Assembly: GCA_963732055.1 (NCBI GenBank)
Contig: CAVSYG010000001.1
Location: forward strand, 73,756-137,755
Direction: 5' to 3'
Source of the DNA: an uncultured Bacteroidota bacterium
Lineage (GTDB): Bacteria > Bacteroidota > Bacteroidia > Chitinophagales > Chitinophagaceae
DNA length: 64,000 bases
The translations under genes and the position numbers were made by a program. This document shows positions 32,924 to 42,409 of the stretch, piece after piece. The notes beneath the pieces were generated by a model that did no database searches, was not told the origin of the DNA, and worked only from the letters and a program-made list of their open reading frames with translations. The stretch's first letter is position 1. Each line of letters opens with the position of its first letter.

Positions 32924-34834
32924 ATGGGGAGACTTCTGAAAATAATATCAACGGTTTTTATTCTGATTCTTTTACCGCTTTCTTCCAGAGTTTTTAATTT
33001 ATTCTTAAGATTTTCCGCCCAGAATTTTCCAACCACTCCGATATATGATGGACCCGGAGGACCTATATTGATTGTCAGCAGTGCTGTGAATCCTTTCGGC
33101 CGTTACCAGGTAGAAATATTAAGAGCACAGGGATATACATCTTTCAAGGCTGTAGATATTACCGAAGTGGAGGCAAACCCTGCGATACTGAATAGTTACG
33201 ATGTTATTTTATTAGGACAGATGAAATTAAATGCGTCAGATGTTTCTCTTCTGATTACATGGACTAACAAAGGCGGCACACTCATAGCTCAACGACCCTG
33301 TTCATTACTTTATCCATTAATGGGTATAACATCAAGGGACTCTGTAGCGGATAATTATAAAAAAACTTACCTGTTAGTAGATACCACAATTGAGCAACCG
33401 GGAGCTGGAATTGTAAGCCAGACGATCCAGTATCATGGTGTAGCTGATCTGTACGATTTGCTGCCCGGAACCACGAGTCTCGCAACATTATATTCTTCAG
33501 CGACGACACCCACTCGCAATCCAGCAATAACAAGTGCCAGCGTTGGTAACAAAGGAGGTAAAGCGATCGCTTTTGCATTCGATCTTGCGAAATCCATTGT
33601 GCTTACAAGACAGGGAAATATGGCTTGGACGGGGCAGAGCAGAGACGGGCAAACAGGTCCTATCAGATCGGACGATTTATTCTTCCCAGACTATGTCGAC
33701 TTCGACAAAATACAAATTCCACAGGCCGACGAACTTCAGTATCTGTTTACGAATATCATCCTGCTGGATAATCTGCATCGAAAGCCCCTGCCGCATTTAT
33801 GGATACTGCCCAGGGGATTAAAGGCAGCGATCGTGATGACTGGAGATGATCATAATATAGAAATGAAATCGGGATTTACTGGTACGCCGAGCCGCTTCAA
33901 TGATTACAGGTTAATGAGCATGGACAATTCTCCACAAGCCGTGGAAGATTGGAAAGCGATCAGGGCTACTTCTTATGTTTATGACAATATAATCTTGTCC
34001 AATGATTCAGTACATCATTATCAGTCTTTGGGATTTGAAATCGCGTTTCATCCTACTACCGATTGCAAAGATTTTACACGTACGTCGCTTTCAAATGATA
34101 TGACCAGGCAATTGTCAAAGCTTGAGACAAAATTACCCGGTATGTTACCACCGGTTACAAACAGAACACATTGTATGCCCTGGAGTGACTGGGCGTCACA
34201 ACCGAAAATTGAAAGCTCTTTGGGGATCCGTTTTGATGTAAATTATTATTATTGGCCGAGTACCTGGGTTCAGAACCGGCCCGGGCTGTTTACGGGCTCA
34301 GGTATGCCCATGCGTTTTGCAGATAGTAATGGAACAATGATTGATTGTTATCAGGCGCCTACACAAATTCCGGATGAATCCGGGCTTGATATTACAAACA
34401 GCATCAATACACTGCTGGATAATGCGATTAATAAAGGTTACTACGGAGCTTTTGTAATGAATATGCACACGGATACTGCCATGCATATCGGATCGGACCA
34501 GATCATCACTGCTGCGATGACCAGACAGATACCTGTTATTTCTTCCAAACAAATGTTAACCTGGCTCGATAACCGTAACGGGACTGTATTCAGCGGTGTA
34601 GCCTGGGATAATATCGCAAAAACACTGAGTTTTACTGTCAATACAATTGCGCATAACCTTCAGGTTATGGTTCCTCTGCATTCTATGGACGGGGAACTGA
34701 TTCAGGTAATTGAAAATGGAAAGCCTGTCCCATTTACAATTCAAACGATTAAGGGAATACAGTATGGGTTTTTCGCCGCAAGCACGCACAATTACAATTA
34801 TATCGCTGTTTATTCAAAAAAAGCCGCTGAGTAA
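32924..34834 (+). CDS. Third paralog: N-terminal signal/anchor plus the shared ~585-aa module only (no DMFase-like domain, no CTD)
   Basis: GPGGPILIVSS, VMTGDDH, GFEIAFHP, RTHCMPWSDW, YYYWP and NMHTD align with the modules at 25063-26815 and 30403-32160. Confidence 0.88.
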   Translation: MGRLLKIISTVFILILLPLSSRVFNLFLRFSAQNFPTTPIYDGPGGPILIVSSAVNPFGRYQVEILRAQGYTSFKAVDITEVEANPAILNSYDVILLGQMKLNASDVSLLITWTNKGGTLIAQRPCSLLYPLMGITSRDSVADNYKKTYLLVDTTIEQPGAGIVSQTIQYHGVADLYDLLPGTTSLATLYSSATTPTRNPAITSASVGNKGGKAIAFAFDLAKSIVLTRQGNMAWTGQSRDGQTGPIRSDDLFFPDYVDFDKIQIPQADELQYLFTNIILLDNLHRKPLPHLWILPRGLKAAIVMTGDDHNIEMKSGFTGTPSRFNDYRLMSMDNSPQAVEDWKAIRATSYVYDNIILSNDSVHHYQSLGFEIAFHPTTDCKDFTRTSLSNDMTRQLSKLETKLPGMLPPVTNRTHCMPWSDWASQPKIESSLGIRFDVNYYYWPSTWVQNRPGLFTGSGMPMRFADSNGTMIDCYQAPTQIPDESGLDITNSINTLLDNAINKGYYGAFVMNMHTDTAMHIGSDQIITAAMTRQIPVISSKQMLTWLDNRNGTVFSGVAWDNIAKTLSFTVNTIAHNLQVMVPLHSMDGELIQVIENGKPVPFTIQTIKGIQYGFFAASTHNYNYIAVYSKKAAE

Positions 34835-34846
34835 TCAGCGGCTTTT
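34819..34846. terminator. Bidirectional intrinsic terminator between convergent paralog 3 and wcaJ
   Basis: 12-bp stem AAAAGCCGCTGA-GTAA-TCAGCGGCTTTT, with the paralog 3 stop codon in the loop. A-run on one side and T-run on the other. Confidence 0.85.
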
Positions 34847-34888
34847 ATCACAATTATTGCTTTATGCTTTACGCTTTAGGCCTTACGC

Positions 34889-36274
34889 TTAAAATGCATT
34901 TTTATCACCCCTGATTGTAACAAGTATTGTCAAAAAAATTATCTTTAAATCTAAATATAGCGACCAGTTTTCCATATACCATGTATCATATTCGACTCTT
35001 TTTCTCAGAAATTCATTGTCTTTAATTTCACCTCTGAATCCATTTACCTGCGCCCATCCTGTAAGACCAGGTTTTACAAAATGCCTGATCATATATTCTT
35101 TATACAACTCCGCAAATTGCTCTGTGTGCTTTAACATGTGAGGTCTTGGTCCTACCAGCGACATGTCTCCAAGAAAAATATTCAATACCTGGGGAAGCTC
35201 ATCGATATTTGTCTTTCGCATAATACGGCCGATTCGGGTAATCCGGTTGTCATTTCGACTCACCTGTACTGAATCGGCCTGATCGTTTACCCGAAGACTC
35301 CTGAATTTCAGACAACGAAAAGGCTGATTGTTTTTCCCGGATCTTAACTGGATAAAGAAAACAGGACCTTTCGAATCCAGTTTTATCAATATTGCAATCA
35401 GAGGAATCAGCCAGGAAAGTATAAATATGATTGCGAGGGTACTTAAAACAACATCCAGCGCCCTTTTTTTAATTCTGTTGCCGGTATCCTCGAGTGGTTC
35501 TTTTCTCAGGGACAATACCGGGATATCATTTACGAAATCCACGTAAATATTCCTGTTTACAAAAATATTATAATCGGGAACAAATTTAAAATATACAAAT
35601 TGGGCCTCCGCTTCCTGTGCCAGTTCAAACAAGTAGGGGTAATGTTCGGGGATTAATGTCGAATAAATTTCAGTAACCTCATTTTCCCTGACAAACTTCA
35701 TGCAATCCTTCAGATCGCTTAAAACCCGTAAGTCCGCAGAGTCCCTGATTTTGCCACTGTCATCAAAACAGCCTGCTAATTTTACCAGTTTTGTTTCCTT
35801 CTGAAAGTAATTGATGAGCCGTTTGGAAACATCATTGTATCCCAGTACCATCACATTTTTTGCAAGCTTGAACTTACTACGAAGGGAAATAACCAACAGG
35901 TTAAATATAAACCTGTTAAAAAGTAAAATGGCTGCAAAAGTGGTGAAACAAAAAATGATAAAGAACCTGGAATACTGATAATGGAATATAAATATAAACA
36001 GGAAGAGGAGGGTAATGGTGAATACATAGCATTTGAAAGTTCGCTTGAAGAATATCTCAAAATCCAACCAATTTTTGCTCATATAAAGCTGGGTAAGATA
36101 TACCGAAGTCATCCAAACCAGATTGAATACAGCAAAAAATAAATGATACTCAGGAAGGTTAATTGCATCGGCTCTGAATATGGCCACACTGGCAAATAAC
36201 AGTACCATGTTAAGAGATAGGATATCCCATAACCAAAGCAGGGAGCGGAAGAAATTAAATGAAGTTTTATTCAT
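34889..36274 (-). CDS. wcaJ: Undecaprenyl-phosphate glucose phosphotransferase (priming glycosyltransferase)
   Basis: N-terminal TMs and a CoA-binding-like middle region, then Bac_transf motifs KRALDV, KFRSL, RKTNIDELPQ, SLVGPRP, VKPGLTGWAQVNG and YMENWSLYLD. Confidence 0.9.
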   Translation of the reverse strand: MNKTSFNFFRSLLWLWDILSLNMVLLFASVAIFRADAINLPEYHLFFAVFNLVWMTSVYLTQLYMSKNWLDFEIFFKRTFKCYVFTITLLFLFIFIFHYQYSRFFIIFCFTTFAAILLFNRFIFNLLVISLRSKFKLAKNVMVLGYNDVSKRLINYFQKETKLVKLAGCFDDSGKIRDSADLRVLSDLKDCMKFVRENEVTEIYSTLIPEHYPYLFELAQEAEAQFVYFKFVPDYNIFVNRNIYVDFVNDIPVLSLRKEPLEDTGNRIKKRALDVVLSTLAIIFILSWLIPLIAILIKLDSKGPVFFIQLRSGKNNQPFRCLKFRSLRVNDQADSVQVSRNDNRITRIGRIMRKTNIDELPQVLNIFLGDMSLVGPRPHMLKHTEQFAELYKEYMIRHFVKPGLTGWAQVNGFRGEIKDNEFLRKRVEYDTWYMENWSLYLDLKIIFLTILVTIRGDKNAF

Positions 36275-36418
36275 TACAGAAATACTTTGAAATTCGATTC
36301 AAAGTCCGGCATTTATTTTCCGGGAAAACAGCGGTAAGATATACAGAAACTAAGCAATTCAATCATCAAACTCTTTGTCATATTGAACTGCGTAATTCAG
36401 GTAATTCATCAGCCTGAT

Positions 36419-37297
36419 TTAACTCACTATTTTTAATGAAGCCTGGTCAAATTGATTGATCAGTGAAGCCGTTTCATAAATATTACTTTTTGATGATGCA
36501 CCAAAAAGGATTGATTCAATATTGGGCAGACTGCACACATATTCTATCGCTTCCCGGGCTGAAACAGCACCACCAGCCAGAACCTGCATAGCAATGGCCC
36601 GGAATCGTCCGGTGCTGAGTATATGTTCATACTTCTCCCTGCCCCCCGACATCCTGAATCCTGCTTTATTAATAGATGAACAGATTATGGGGTTCTTAAT
36701 GCCGGCTCCTTCCAGCACATCCAATAGCATGGGCATATTCATTGTTATATAGCCTGCTTCAGCATTATACTTCTTTGCTACATATTTGTGATATGATACC
36801 AGCACATCTGTCATTCTCAACCCAAGCAAAAGATCAGTAATTACGTTTTGGAGGAAAATAACAGGGGTTTGTATGCCTTTAAACATTTTCATTTCGGCGT
36901 CAATCAGCAATTCCATTATGGCCATATAGTCTTTCGATAAAAAAGCAACCCCACCTTTAAAAAGTGAACCGACAAAATTCCCGGGAACATATTGTTTGAG
37001 TGTTCCGGCGATACCCAGTTCGGTAACCGCATTCGCATATTTATGCGCATACGGCATACAAGGGAAAATTTTGAAATTTCTGTATTTATCCGGATCGTCC
37101 CGGATGATCTGGCAGATATTTGCTATCCGGTCATGCGTTGTACACATGAAAGTTTTTATGCCCGCTTCCATTGCATAATCAAGTGTCCTGACAATCGCGC
37201 TGTCTTCCTTAAAGCGCATCGACTGGGCCATAGATTTGTCATCAGAAATATGATTTACCGCGAAAAACTGGTTATCACCAAATAATATTCTGTCCAT
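36419..37297 (-). CDS. Conserved hypothetical protein, possibly aldo/keto-reductase-like barrel
   Basis: Intact 292-aa ORF in operon. Segments AMEAGIKTF, IAMQVLAGG, EAIEYV and ILFGAS resemble AKR-fold segments (inference). Confidence 0.55.
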   Translation of the reverse strand: MDRILFGDNQFFAVNHISDDKSMAQSMRFKEDSAIVRTLDYAMEAGIKTFMCTTHDRIANICQIIRDDPDKYRNFKIFPCMPYAHKYANAVTELGIAGTLKQYVPGNFVGSLFKGGVAFLSKDYMAIMELLIDAEMKMFKGIQTPVIFLQNVITDLLLGLRMTDVLVSYHKYVAKKYNAEAGYITMNMPMLLDVLEGAGIKNPIICSSINKAGFRMSGGREKYEHILSTGRFRAIAMQVLAGGAVSAREAIEYVCSLPNIESILFGASSKSNIYETASLINQFDQASLKIVS

Positions 37298-37301
37298 TAT
37301 G

Positions 37302-38312
37302 TTAATTCTGCGCTTTTCTAATTAATGAAATTGCTTTATCGGTGTTCCACGCGCTTTCAAAATGATTAATTGTGTTGGGTACCTTCCCCTGAACGGCCTT
37401 GATGAAATAATCAATTTGTGCTGAATACTCTTCTCCTCGTAAATAAAATGCTACTTCCTTCGTGAGCTCGGTAACGTATTTGATGTTCCAACCTTTACTA
37501 TATCCGTCCGGACAATGATTATCCCTGAAAAATACTTTCAGTTCATTGGCATCTGAAATCAGTTTACCCTTTTGCGCATTTATTGTAATAGACGTCGACA
37601 TTTTCCTGATCGTATCATCGCTCCAGTTCACCGTCAACAGGCCGGATACCTGATTACCCAGCTCGAGCATGGCATAAACGGCATCATCCACATTTTTAGA
37701 AAAAATTGATTTTAAGACGCTTGCTTTTACGGTGGTTACCGGGGCCAGTAGATAATTAATAAGGTCTATTACATGGGAGGCATAATCCATCAGACAGCCG
37801 CCCCCTTCATCCGGATTTGACCTCCATGTATCTTGCTTTGGTTTTACAACCACCGGACCATTCGCCTGACCGTGAAAATGATAGATTTCACCGAGGCAGC
37901 CGCTGTCAATAATTTTTTTAACTTCCTGGAATGTTCCGACAAATTTATTGTGATACCCTACCTGATTAATCAGTTTTTTTTGTGTTGCCATCGCCACCAG
38001 GATACCTCCTTCTTCCGGATTAAGACAAAAAGGTTTCTCGGTAAAAACATGAATATCTCTTTTCAGTAAGTCTTCTACTATTTTTGCATGAAATTTCGTT
38101 GGTACAGCCACGATCACTGCATCTGGTTTTGCAGTATCCAACATTTTAATGTGATCTGTAAAACTTGGAAATCCACTGTATTTCTCAATAGCCTCAGTCA
38201 TCATTTTAGATGTATCACATACGCCAACTACTTCAACATCCGGATGCGCACCCAATATCGCCAGATGTGAAATACCCATTTTCCCAATACCAATAATTCC
38301 AACCCTGATCAT
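37302..38312 (-). CDS. Gfo/Idh/MocA family oxidoreductase
   Basis: IRVGIIGIGKMG, VPTKFH, VFTEKPF and GGGCLMDYASH. Confidence 0.92.
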   Translation of the reverse strand: MIRVGIIGIGKMGISHLAILGAHPDVEVVGVCDTSKMMTEAIEKYSGFPSFTDHIKMLDTAKPDAVIVAVPTKFHAKIVEDLLKRDIHVFTEKPFCLNPEEGGILVAMATQKKLINQVGYHNKFVGTFQEVKKIIDSGCLGEIYHFHGQANGPVVVKPKQDTWRSNPDEGGGCLMDYASHVIDLINYLLAPVTTVKASVLKSIFSKNVDDAVYAMLELGNQVSGLLTVNWSDDTIRKMSTSITINAQKGKLISDANELKVFFRDNHCPDGYSKGWNIKYVTELTKEVAFYLRGEEYSAQIDYFIKAVQGKVPNTINHFESAWNTDKAISLIRKAQN

Positions 38313-38390
38313 AAATTAATTATATTAAAAAACCTGTAGCTATGGTCATTTGCTTATTATTATTTTCTGCATATTTGCGAAAATAAGACG

Positions 38391-39518
38391 TCATTTCAAT
38401 AATGAAGTAAAAGTGTCTATGACTTTTTGAATATCTTCTTCTTTCATTGGAATATACAGAGGCAGAATGATACTTCTGTCACTGGCTTTTTCCGACACTG
38501 GTAATTGCAGATTGGCATATTCCTTATTATACGCTGTTTCCCGATGTGTTGTCATAATTCCCCTTCGTGTTGAAATACCGGCATCCAGCATTTTCTGCAT
38601 GATGTCATTTCTGCTGACCGGAGAGTCATCCTGCAGGTAAATACTGTAGGACTGATAGTTACTAAAATATCCCTTTTTTTCTATTGGTAACTGAAGATAT
38701 TTGAGACCCTTAAAGGCTTTATGATACCGAAGTGCTATTTTTCTTCTTTTTGCTATGATCCAGTCCAGTTTTTCAAGTTGCTGGATTCCGACAGATGCCT
38801 GTATGTCAGTTAGCCGATAATTGTAGCCTACTTCCAGATGATCTTCGAATATAATTTTGGAAGATTCATGTCTGGTTCGGTCATTTACCGACATGCCATG
38901 CTGCCTGAGGAGCTTCATGCGGTTATAATATGACTCATTATTTGTAGTGATCATTCCGCCGTCACCGGTTGAAATAACTTTTCTTGGGTGAAAGGAAAAG
39001 CAAACCAGATCTGAATGACTTCCGATTTTAGCTCCCTTATATGCGGAACCGGCAGCGCATGCGGCGTCTTCAATTAATTTCAGCTGGTATTTTTTTGCAA
39101 GCTCCTTAAAAGCATCTATATCGGCGGGCATTCCAATCTGGTGAACCAGCAGTATGGCTTTTGTCTTATCCGTAATTTTTCTTTCTGTATCCTGCACGTC
39201 GAGGTTATAATTTGTGGGATTTATTTCCGCAAATACGGGTTTTGCACCCACGTATTTGATAGTGTTGGCGGTAGCAATATAACTCATAGAAGGACAAATT
39301 ACTTCATCGTCAGGACCAATGCCTGATACAATCATCGCGAGATGAAGGGCCGTTGTGCAATTTGAAACGGCAACGGCATATTTCGCTCCGGTATAAGCAG
39401 CGAATTTCTGTTCAAATTCGGCAACCCGCGGTCCCTGCGTTATCCATCCGGTCAATATGGTATCGTATGCAGCTTTTGCTTCTTTTTTTGTCAGGTAGGG
39501 TTTGGCTATCGGAATCAT
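38391..39518 (-). CDS. DegT/DnrJ/EryC1/StrS PLP-dependent sugar aminotransferase
   Basis: MIPIAKP, SNCTTALH, IEDAACA, FSFHPRK (PLP lysine) and GYNYRLTD. ATG 39518 overlaps the upstream stop codon. Confidence 0.93.
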   Translation of the reverse strand: MIPIAKPYLTKKEAKAAYDTILTGWITQGPRVAEFEQKFAAYTGAKYAVAVSNCTTALHLAMIVSGIGPDDEVICPSMSYIATANTIKYVGAKPVFAEINPTNYNLDVQDTERKITDKTKAILLVHQIGMPADIDAFKELAKKYQLKLIEDAACAAGSAYKGAKIGSHSDLVCFSFHPRKVISTGDGGMITTNNESYYNRMKLLRQHGMSVNDRTRHESSKIIFEDHLEVGYNYRLTDIQASVGIQQLEKLDWIIAKRRKIALRYHKAFKGLKYLQLPIEKKGYFSNYQSYSIYLQDDSPVSRNDIMQKMLDAGISTRRGIMTTHRETAYNKEYANLQLPVSEKASDRSIILPLYIPMKEEDIQKVIDTFTSLLK

Positions 39519-40495
39519 TCGTTTACAGTTATTTTGTTTTTTTCGAAATACCACTCACTTAATTCTTTCATTCCCTTTTCAAGTGAAATGGTGGGGGTAA
39601 ACTTAAGCAAATCTTTGGCCTTACTGATATCTGCCAGTCTGCGGCTAACCGGGTTTACAGAATTTTCAGCTCTGTATTCAGGTGCAAGATTTGAATTGTT
39701 TACTTTTAACAACACCGCTAGCAATTCTTTGAGGCTTGTTTCCTCACAATTTCCAATATTGAAAGCTTCATCAGTCACATCAGCCTGTAACGCAGCAATA
39801 TTGGATTTGGCTATATCTTTTACATATACAAAATCCATTGTCGTAGATCCATCCCCATAAATAAGCGGATTTTTTTCGTCCCGGATGCAATCAAGCCATT
39901 TAATCATGACTTCAGTATACTTGCCGTCCGTATCCATACGGGGACCGTATGCATTGAAGTATCGAAGAGCCACATAATCCAGTCCGTACATGAATTTAAA
40001 ACTACGGAATAGTTGTTCTCCCCACATTTTGGCAGCGCCGTAAAAAGTTTGATTATTATAGGGATTGTCTGTTTCCGGGGTAGGGAAGTGCTGAGCCAGT
40101 CCATAAACAGATGCGCTTGAACTGTAGATTACTTTTTTCACCTTATGCTTTACGCATAACGAAGCGATTTCAAAAGTTGATTTTAGCATAACTTCAAATC
40201 CCTCCCGGGGATTGGCGGCGCATGAATTGATGCGCAGTGCAGCCATATGGAAAACATAGTCTGTACCTGTAATACATTTCTCAAGCAGGTCCAGGTCCCT
40301 CATATCCCCATTATGAAATTCAACAAGCGTATTATTTATGAAGTTTTTCATATTTGGATAACCACCCCTAATCAGGTTATCTATAATTATAATTTTCTTT
40401 GGTTTTAAAGGGATCAATTCTTCAATGACATAAGAACCGATAAAACCGGCACCCCCGGTAACCAGGATAACACTGTCTTTTACTTTATTGTTCAT
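39515..40495 (-). CDS. NAD-dependent nucleotide-sugar epimerase/dehydratase
   Basis: LVTGGAGFIGS, FHMAA, YSSSASVYG, YGAAK (YxxxK), LRYFNAYGP and DFVYVKD. Confidence 0.92.
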   Translation of the reverse strand: MNNKVKDSVILVTGGAGFIGSYVIEELIPLKPKKIIIIDNLIRGGYPNMKNFINNTLVEFHNGDMRDLDLLEKCITGTDYVFHMAALRINSCAANPREGFEVMLKSTFEIASLCVKHKVKKVIYSSSASVYGLAQHFPTPETDNPYNNQTFYGAAKMWGEQLFRSFKFMYGLDYVALRYFNAYGPRMDTDGKYTEVMIKWLDCIRDEKNPLIYGDGSTTMDFVYVKDIAKSNIAALQADVTDEAFNIGNCEETSLKELLAVLLKVNNSNLAPEYRAENSVNPVSRRLADISKAKDLLKFTPTISLEKGMKELSEWYFEKNKITVNE

Positions 40496-40527
40496 GACGT
40501 TCTTTATTTAACGGCTTTAAGTTTTAT

Positions 40528-41469
40528 TTATAATTCAACGATTTCATCTATAATAAAAACCGGCCTTTTGCGGCTGGCATCGAGTGTTCTCCAAAGATAT
40601 TCTGCAATAATTCCAAGCGAAATATTGGTAATTCCAAACCCGATTGTGAGAATGGACATCAGAGCAGGCCAGCCACTGGCCAGGTCATGAAATACCAGTT
40701 TACGGATGATGATATAAGCGGTCCAGAGGGAACCCAGAATGAACATGGATATGCCAATCAGGGTAACCATGCGGATAGGAGCATAGGAAAATGCCACAAA
40801 AGAGTCGATGAATAATTTGATTTTTTTCGACATCGTCCACTTACTTACTCCTGTTTTTCTTTCTCTTTTTTTATAGGAAATAGAAGTCTGCCGAAATCCC
40901 ATACCAAGGATTTGTAAAAAGATCGAAGAATTTGCCTCCACATTTGTTTTAACCTGGGCCGCCACTTTTTTATTGAACATGACAATATCAAATCCCTTTT
41001 CGGGGAAATTACTAAAGGCAAATTTCTTCATCAGGTAGGCATACATAGATGAGAATGTTTTTTCTCCCAGGGAAACTTTTGTGCTTTCCCGATGCGCCCA
41101 TATGATTTCGTTGCCATCCCTGGTTTTTTGCTCCATTTGAAGGATCAGCTCCAATGGATCCTGCAGATCGGCATAATTAAAACAAATTAATTCTCCGGAA
41201 GCGATAGAGATACCCGCCCGCAGGGCAGCATGGGAACCGAAATTACGTGAGAGGCTGATTATTTTAGCCTGATAATTTTTATGCACCATTTCTTTTAATC
41301 GTCCAACAGATCCATCTTTGGAACCATCATTTACGAAAATAACTTCCGGGATTAATTGTGGATGTTCACCGAAAAAGTTATTCAGATTATCTGTCAGAAA
41401 GGGGATACCCTCATACTCATTATAAATGGGTATGATAACGGATACATATCGATTGTTTGAATCATGCAT
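40528..41469 (-). CDS. GT2 polyprenyl-phosphate glycosyltransferase (GtrB/ArnC/YkoT-like)
   Basis: VIIPIYNE, VNDGSKDG, LSRNFG, ADLQDP, two C-terminal TMs and GIIAEYLWR..RKRP. Confidence 0.9.
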   Translation of the reverse strand: MHDSNNRYVSVIIPIYNEYEGIPFLTDNLNNFFGEHPQLIPEVIFVNDGSKDGSVGRLKEMVHKNYQAKIISLSRNFGSHAALRAGISIASGELICFNYADLQDPLELILQMEQKTRDGNEIIWAHRESTKVSLGEKTFSSMYAYLMKKFAFSNFPEKGFDIVMFNKKVAAQVKTNVEANSSIFLQILGMGFRQTSISYKKRERKTGVSKWTMSKKIKLFIDSFVAFSYAPIRMVTLIGISMFILGSLWTAYIIIRKLVFHDLASGWPALMSILTIGFGITNISLGIIAEYLWRTLDASRKRPVFIIDEIVEL

Positions 41470-42409
41470 GGTTATCCGGTTTGAATCTTACACGAATACT
41501 TTTGATTATCTCAGCAGGTGCTATTCTTGCACCCTTGTATTCTATTTCTGTTATTTCCAGCATACCATCGCCGCAGGCAACGCGAATGGCTTTCGTGTCC
41601 TTTTGAATTCCTACAACATGACCTGCAATGGCTAGGAATTTTTCTCCATAATTAAATTCCGCCGCTTTCCAGATAATTATTTTTTCACCATTAAGAAAAC
41701 TAAAAGCACCACTATAAGGTGCGGAAGAAGCCCTTACCAACCGGCTGATATTTTGGGCGTTCTCATTCCAGTTTATCTGGCTGTCCTCAGGCAACCGAGG
41801 GAAGCAACGAAGACCTTTCAGGGAACCTTTGACTTCATATGCATCGGGTTTACTAAAAACTTTTAGTAACGCTTCTTCATATAACAGGGGAACATCGTGA
41901 ACCGCCTGCTTCAAAATATCAGCAATATAAGTTTGCTCAGTTATTGGAATGGCTTTTCTTGAAATCACGTCACCGGCGTCGAGTTCAGGATCCATTTTAT
42001 GTATGTTTCCATATATTTTATTTTCCCCGTTTATGATTGACCAGTTGACGGTGGCATTTCCTTTATAATCCGGTAAATTCCCTAAATGAAAATTTAGAAT
42101 GCCGCATTCAAAGAGATCGAGAAAGCTTTTTGGAATGGTATACTTCCAGTTCACGCTGATAGCTGCACGTATCTTGTTCTCTTTCACAATTTGAATAAGT
42201 TCCTCATTGTTGAGGGATTTCATCATAAAAAAAAGCGCACCAGTTTCGGTTGCGAGTAATTCAAAATCTGTATGTTTAATATCATATTCCTCATAGGCTT
42301 CTTCGGTTACGATCGCTTTACAAACAAATCCTTTGGAAACGAGGTATTTTATCCCGTCATATAAGTAACGTGAGCGGCCAATGGCAATAATATTATTCGT
42401 TGTACTCAT
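41462..42409 (-). CDS. Nucleotide-sugar N-formyltransferase (Fmt/ArnA-N-like)
   Basis: LNFHLGNLPDYKG, SIINGE, IHKMDPELDAGD and a C-terminal Fmt_C region (LVRA..PYSGA). Located inside a polysaccharide operon. Confidence 0.85.
   Translation of the reverse strand: MSTTNNIIAIGRSRYLYDGIKYLVSKGFVCKAIVTEEAYEEYDIKHTDFELLATETGALFFMMKSLNNEELIQIVKENKIRAAISVNWKYTIPKSFLDLFECGILNFHLGNLPDYKGNATVNWSIINGENKIYGNIHKMDPELDAGDVISRKAIPITEQTYIADILKQAVHDVPLLYEEALLKVFSKPDAYEVKGSLKGLRCFPRLPEDSQINWNENAQNISRLVRASSAPYSGAFSFLNGEKIIIWKAAEFNYGEKFLAIAGHVVGIQKDTKAIRVACGDGMLEITEIEYKGARIAPAEIIKSIRVRFKPDNHA

Noticed and set aside
32794-33036. 80-aa minus-strand ORF between paralogs 2 and 3
   Set aside because: Overlaps the start of paralog 3 antisense and has no motif support.
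41462-42409. Housekeeping methionyl-tRNA formyltransferase (fmt)
   Set aside because: Lacks the typical Fmt N-terminal GTP.FA motif and is translationally coupled within a nucleotide-sugar operon; a sugar formyltransferase fits better.
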